NCBI GenBank assembly: GCA_016880595.1
Contig: JAEHDC010000017.1
Location: 2,463-26,462, forward strand
Reading direction: 5' to 3'
DNA length: 24,000 nt
Source: Candidatus Saccharimonadota bacterium
GTDB lineage: Bacteria > Patescibacteriota > Saccharimonadia > Saccharimonadales > EFPC-124
The notes under the pieces are model-generated. The model was not told the origin of the DNA. It saw only the letters and a program-made list of their open reading frames with translations, and made no database searches. Shown in pieces: positions 21,608-24,000 of the stretch (within the stretch, counting starts at the first letter, position 1; each line of letters opens with the position of its first letter). A program made the position numbers and the translations under genes.

Positions 21608-21820
21608 CTATTCAAACAATTTTGAAGATTTTACCTTCCACGCCTTAGCTATCTTTTCGATACTGGTTATTGCAGGATTACGCACACAACACTCTACGCC
21701 TGAGATGCAGGTGTAGTCCACGATCTAAACCTGTAAGCTTGCCAAGCTGTTCTTGTGTGAGTCCAGCTTCCTTGCGGCGGCTCATATGCCCCCATGATAC
21801 GATTTGTTTATTTGCTGCAT
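21608..21820 (-). pseudogene. XRE-family HTH regulator remnant with two compensating frameshifts
   Basis: Manual minus-strand reading gives three pieces. MQQINKSYHGGI* is in the frame of ATG 21820. MSRRKEAGLTQEQLGKLTGLDRG... is in a second frame. DYTCISGVECCVRNPAITSIEKIAKAWKVKSSKLFE* is back in the first frame (stop 21608..21610). Joined, they read as a canonical XRE HTH (lR...GlTQeqLa..tGl.r.yis.vE.g.RNPs..tieKIAkA..v....LFe). The first shift is at a G5 run (plus C5, 21789..21793). Track ORF 21450..21716(+) is its antisense shadow. Confidence 0.55.
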
Positions 21821-21839
21821 GTTAGTTAGCACTAGAGGA

Positions 21840-22430
21840 TTAGAAGCTAGCAAAACTCAGTAGCACCAGCAGTATTCCTATGCTTGTTAGGGCAAGAGTT
21901 GTGGGGAGGTGATCCTTAAAACTAGCGTTTTTATTTTTGGGCTTTGGTGTAAACGCGGTCATCATCTTGTTATTGAGTTCCACTTGTCTACTTTCGATAT
22001 TAGTTGGTATTTTACCCTCGGAAAGTGCCTGTTGAAGTAGATCAGAGGAAAACTTTACGCGCTCCCATATTAGGCAAATATTAGCATCACTTTCTTTAGC
22101 TAAACTTGAAAGCGTGCTCGTATAAAGCTGACGCGTTTTGTAGGCAGCAAAAATGATCGCTCCTATCAGCACTATTTCTCCTGTGATGAACAACCACAGA
22201 GACTTGATGCTGTCTATTGCCGTAAAACCAAATCCGGCGATAATTCCTAGCGGCTGCAGGAGGCCATAAACAAACGCTCTATAGCCATCTAGATATTTTT
22301 CCTCTTGTCTAGAATAAACATTGGCGACTTTTTCTAGTAAACTAGTGTCTGTACTGGCTAGATCTTTAAGTAATTTAAGTTTCTCTTCATCTACGGGTAT
22401 AGATTCATTAGGCATGGCTTGATTACTCAT
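21840..22430 (-). CDS. hypothetical integral membrane protein (about 3 TM)
   Basis: 196 aa. Hydrophobic helices are LLQPLGIIAGFGFTAI, LWLFITGEIVLIGAIIFAAY and a C-terminal TTLALTSIGILLVLLSFASF. No recognisable family. Confidence 0.65.
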   Translation of the reverse strand: MSNQAMPNESIPVDEEKLKLLKDLASTDTSLLEKVANVYSRQEEKYLDGYRAFVYGLLQPLGIIAGFGFTAIDSIKSLWLFITGEIVLIGAIIFAAYKTRQLYTSTLSSLAKESDANICLIWERVKFSSDLLQQALSEGKIPTNIESRQVELNNKMMTAFTPKPKNKNASFKDHLPTTLALTSIGILLVLLSFASF

Positions 22431-22457
22431 GCCGTAATTATACTCGATTAGACAAAG

Positions 22458-22829
22458 CTAGCTCAACTGACACACCACCACCGCTCCCTTCGGCATCAAA
22501 GCCGTAACGACATACAAATCCTCGCGCTTAACCTCGCAAGTTATATACAGTGTCCTGCACTCCGGCGCCCATTGCAAAAGCTGTTCTGGTGTAGCTATGC
22601 AAACACCTGCCGTATACTCATCTGGTGACCATCTACACGAGAACCTAAGCGTTTGCATCCGTATAACAACCTGGCTTAACTCGTAAATCCGTGTGGCGCT
22701 GAGCGTTCTCGCGGATTCTTTTTGTACTTTACGCATGAGTTTTAGCCATTGTTTGCGAAGAGGCGACATCATCCCGGCGTGATTGTCAGTGACTATCACC
22801 ACCTTGCCGCAAGCAGTGCGCGTATACAT
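22458..22829 (-). CDS. hypothetical protein
   Basis: Track ORF of 123 aa with globular-looking composition. It lies 8 nt downstream of the Cys-rich ORF on the same strand. No family recognised. Confidence 0.6.
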   Translation of the reverse strand: MYTRTACGKVVIVTDNHAGMMSPLRKQWLKLMRKVQKESARTLSATRIYELSQVVIRMQTLRFSCRWSPDEYTAGVCIATPEQLLQWAPECRTLYITCEVKREDLYVVTALMPKGAVVVCQLS

Positions 22830-22837
22830 ATGCCGCG

Positions 22838-23149
22838 CTAAATCTTTTGTGCTTGGATTTGCACCAAAAGAGTATTCTTCAAGAATTTAAATCTCGCATC
22901 ACGCCCACCATAGATTAGATTGTTTGGCTCTCTGCCTAAATCCATAAATTCACGCCGCTGAATAGCTGTAAAATCCGCCCAACCAACAATAAGTTTTTCT
23001 ACCTCAGACAAATGAGACACACAAACAAAAACCTGGTGACCGCAACAGTCAAACAACCCTGCCGTGGCTTTGCTCAATGACAATGGGACTCCGCATATAG
23101 CACAAACCTTTGGCGGGGCAATAAACGCGGGTAATTTAGTGATTGCCAT
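22838..23149 (-). CDS. Cys/His-rich (putative zinc-binding) hypothetical protein
   Basis: CAICG...FDCCGHQVFVCVSH gives two C-x2-C / CC-x-H...C-x2-H clusters. I prefer ATG 23149 (GAGGG 5 nt upstream) over the track's GTG 23161. Confidence 0.6.
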   Translation of the reverse strand: MAITKLPAFIAPPKVCAICGVPLSLSKATAGLFDCCGHQVFVCVSHLSEVEKLIVGWADFTAIQRREFMDLGREPNNLIYGGRDARFKFLKNTLLVQIQAQKI

Positions 23150-23315
23150 ATTGGCCCTCACGCTTTACGCAATAATTTTTGGGCAAAATAAATACAGTCT
23201 CAGCGACTGCACAATGCCGTTGTTCCATATTTTACCTAGCTTGGATTAGTTTTTAGAAACACAGAACCCGCCGCCAGCGGATTCTTGCGAACCCCATAGC
23301 CCTTTCGAGCCATGA

Positions 23316-23364
23316 CCAAGCTAGATGCTGAACGACGGGATCAGTATCTAGCTTGGCTTTTTTG
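23316..23364 (+). terminator. rho-independent-terminator-like hairpin on the + strand with no upstream + strand gene
   Basis: CCAAGCTAGAT (23316..23326) pairs perfectly with ATCTAGCTTGG (23346..23356). There is an inner CTGA/TCAG stem in the loop. The hairpin is followed by C-TTTTTT-G (T6 at 23358..23363). Confidence 0.5.
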
Positions 23365-23369
23365 CCATG

Positions 23370-23387
23370 CTTTTGCAAGTGCAAAAG
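23370..23387. repeat. perfect palindrome CTTTTGCA-AG-TGCAAAAG directly after the hairpin
   Basis: Arms at 23370..23377 and 23380..23387, read directly from the sequence. Confidence 0.6.
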
Positions 23388-23443
23388 TTTAGGCTTTAAT
23401 TGTCCGCCCACCAAGGAGCTTGTCCTCATTATATGTTATAGAT

Positions 23444-23469
23444 TCTGTAATTTCAATAGTATTTACAGA
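23444..23469. promoter_or_regulatory. inverted repeat TCTGTAA-N12-TTACAGA upstream of the XRE gene (possible operator)
   Basis: Arms at 23444..23450 and 23463..23469, 60-85 nt upstream of ATG 23529. TATAGAT is also repeated at 23437..23443 and 23519..23525. Confidence 0.3.
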
Positions 23470-23528
23470 TAAAATGCTAGTTATTGGCTGTAGAGCTAAA
23501 AGCATCTTCTTATTACTCTATAGATAAT

Positions 23529-23744
23529 ATGTCTAAGATTGTACGAAATAAATTTGGCAAAAGAATTCGTGACCTTCGTCTGAAAAAAGGCTGGTCTCAA
23601 GAAGAACTTGCCGACAAAGTTGGCTTGCACAGAACCTATGTTGGCGCAATTGAGCGTGGCGAGCAGAACGTCTCTATCGACAATATCGCCAAGCTCGCAA
23701 AGACGCTTGGCGTGACCATAGACTTGCTCTTTATGGATGTTTAG
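23529..23744 (+). CDS. XRE-family helix-turn-helix transcriptional regulator
   Basis: FGKRIRDLRLKKGWSQEELADKVGLHRTYVGAIERGEQNVSIDNIAKLAKTLGVTIDLLF is a canonical Cro/C1-type HTH. I prefer ATG 23529 (71 aa) over the track's TTG 23484. Confidence 0.85.
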   Translation: MSKIVRNKFGKRIRDLRLKKGWSQEELADKVGLHRTYVGAIERGEQNVSIDNIAKLAKTLGVTIDLLFMDV

Positions 23745-23781
23745 AATCAGGGAGGAAGCTTGAGTTTGTTGTTGTATGCTG

Positions 23782-24000
23782 CTATTTCTTGCTTGTAGCA
23801 AATTTTTTGTAGAGCTGTTCTAGTTCTTCGTCGGTAGCCGTATGGCCGATTTCATGAATGGCCGTTCCGTAAAAGATCAGGAAGTCGATGGCATTTTCTT
23901 GTGTTGCGTTTTCTGGATCGAAAATGCGTAGAAAATTAAGGACTTTATCAAGGTCTTTCTCGCTCCACTCATAATCTTCGAATTTTTTATAATCTGTCAT
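23782..24000 (-). CDS. hypothetical protein at the window edge (may extend upstream beyond 24000); contains an HEIGH motif
   Basis: Track ORF of 72 aa beginning exactly at the last base, so the N-terminus is unverified. Contains TAIHEIGHTA. Convergent with the XRE gene. Confidence 0.5.
   Translation of the reverse strand: MTDYKKFEDYEWSEKDLDKVLNFLRIFDPENATQENAIDFLIFYGTAIHEIGHTATDEELEQLYKKFATSKK

Larger units (their letters stand above)
1286..24000. mobile_element. ICE-like genomic island abutting tRNA-Leu (serine recombinase + T4SS + coupling protein + cargo); right boundary not identified, may lie beyond the window
   Basis: The recombinase locus starts immediately at the tRNA 3' end. A complete Gram-positive-type conjugation operon lies at 12966..20872. 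Plasmid/ICE-associated families are present (DUF2958, RHH, replication-relaxation). No repeat of the tRNA 3' end was found downstream in the window, so the extent is an inference. Confidence 0.6.

Noticed and set aside
1-24000. Alternative genetic code (UGA reassigned, as in some CPR lineages) as an explanation for the broken genes
   Set aside because: TGA acts as a real stop in several ATGA-coupled junctions (2968, 15635, 16177, 17907, 19008). The broken genes change reading frame rather than simply reading through a UGA.
1-24000. CRISPR arrays, rRNA genes, IS elements and transposases
   Set aside because: I found no regularly spaced direct repeats, no rRNA-like sequence and no DDE/transposase-like ORF on visual inspection.
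23782-24000. HEIGH motif suggesting an ImmA/IrrE-type metalloprotease paired with the XRE regulator (the ICE ImmR/ImmA logic)
   Set aside because: Only 19 residues follow the motif. The visible ORF is 72 aa, is cut by the window edge and is convergent with the XRE gene rather than co-transcribed. A 5-residue motif alone is not enough to support the call.

Overview
The window appears to hold a chromosome edge followed by an integrative-conjugative-element (ICE)-like island. The chromosomal part is a partial FAD-linked oxidase gene (1..1046, minus) and a tRNA-Leu(CAG) (1199..1285). The island starts at the tRNA 3' end and runs at least to ~23.2 kb. No right-hand boundary was found in the window.

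Modules, left to right:
1. Recombination and regulation: a large serine recombinase split over three reading frames, a small coupled ORF, a ribbon-helix-helix (RHH) protein, a DUF2958 protein and a divergent replication-relaxation-family protein.
2. An orphan trypco2-like small protein.
3. A more AT-rich cargo block (5451..12872). It has a SAM methyltransferase divergent from five co-oriented genes that carry four Nudix domains. One Nudix is free, one is fused to an unknown ~230 aa domain, one to a DegT-type PLP aminotransferase and one to an ATP-grasp ligase. A Gfo/Idh/MocA dehydrogenase also sits in the block. This is the most unusual part of the window, and I propose it is an undescribed tailoring system for a nucleotide-linked sugar or an ADP-ribose-like molecule.
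4. A compact, translationally coupled Gram-positive/CPR-type type IV secretion (T4SS) operon (12966..20872, minus): pilin, pilin-VirB6 fusion, PrgI/VirB3-like protein, split VirB4, CHAP hydrolase and coupling protein.
5. Accessory genes: membrane proteins, a decayed XRE regulator, a Cys-rich protein, an intact XRE regulator and an edge ORF.

I saw no rRNA, CRISPR array, IS transposase or canonical relaxase. Five apparent frameshifts in three genes, four of them at or near homopolymer runs, leave open whether these genes are decayed or the assembly has indel errors. All family assignments come from motif recognition by eye, and no searches were run.
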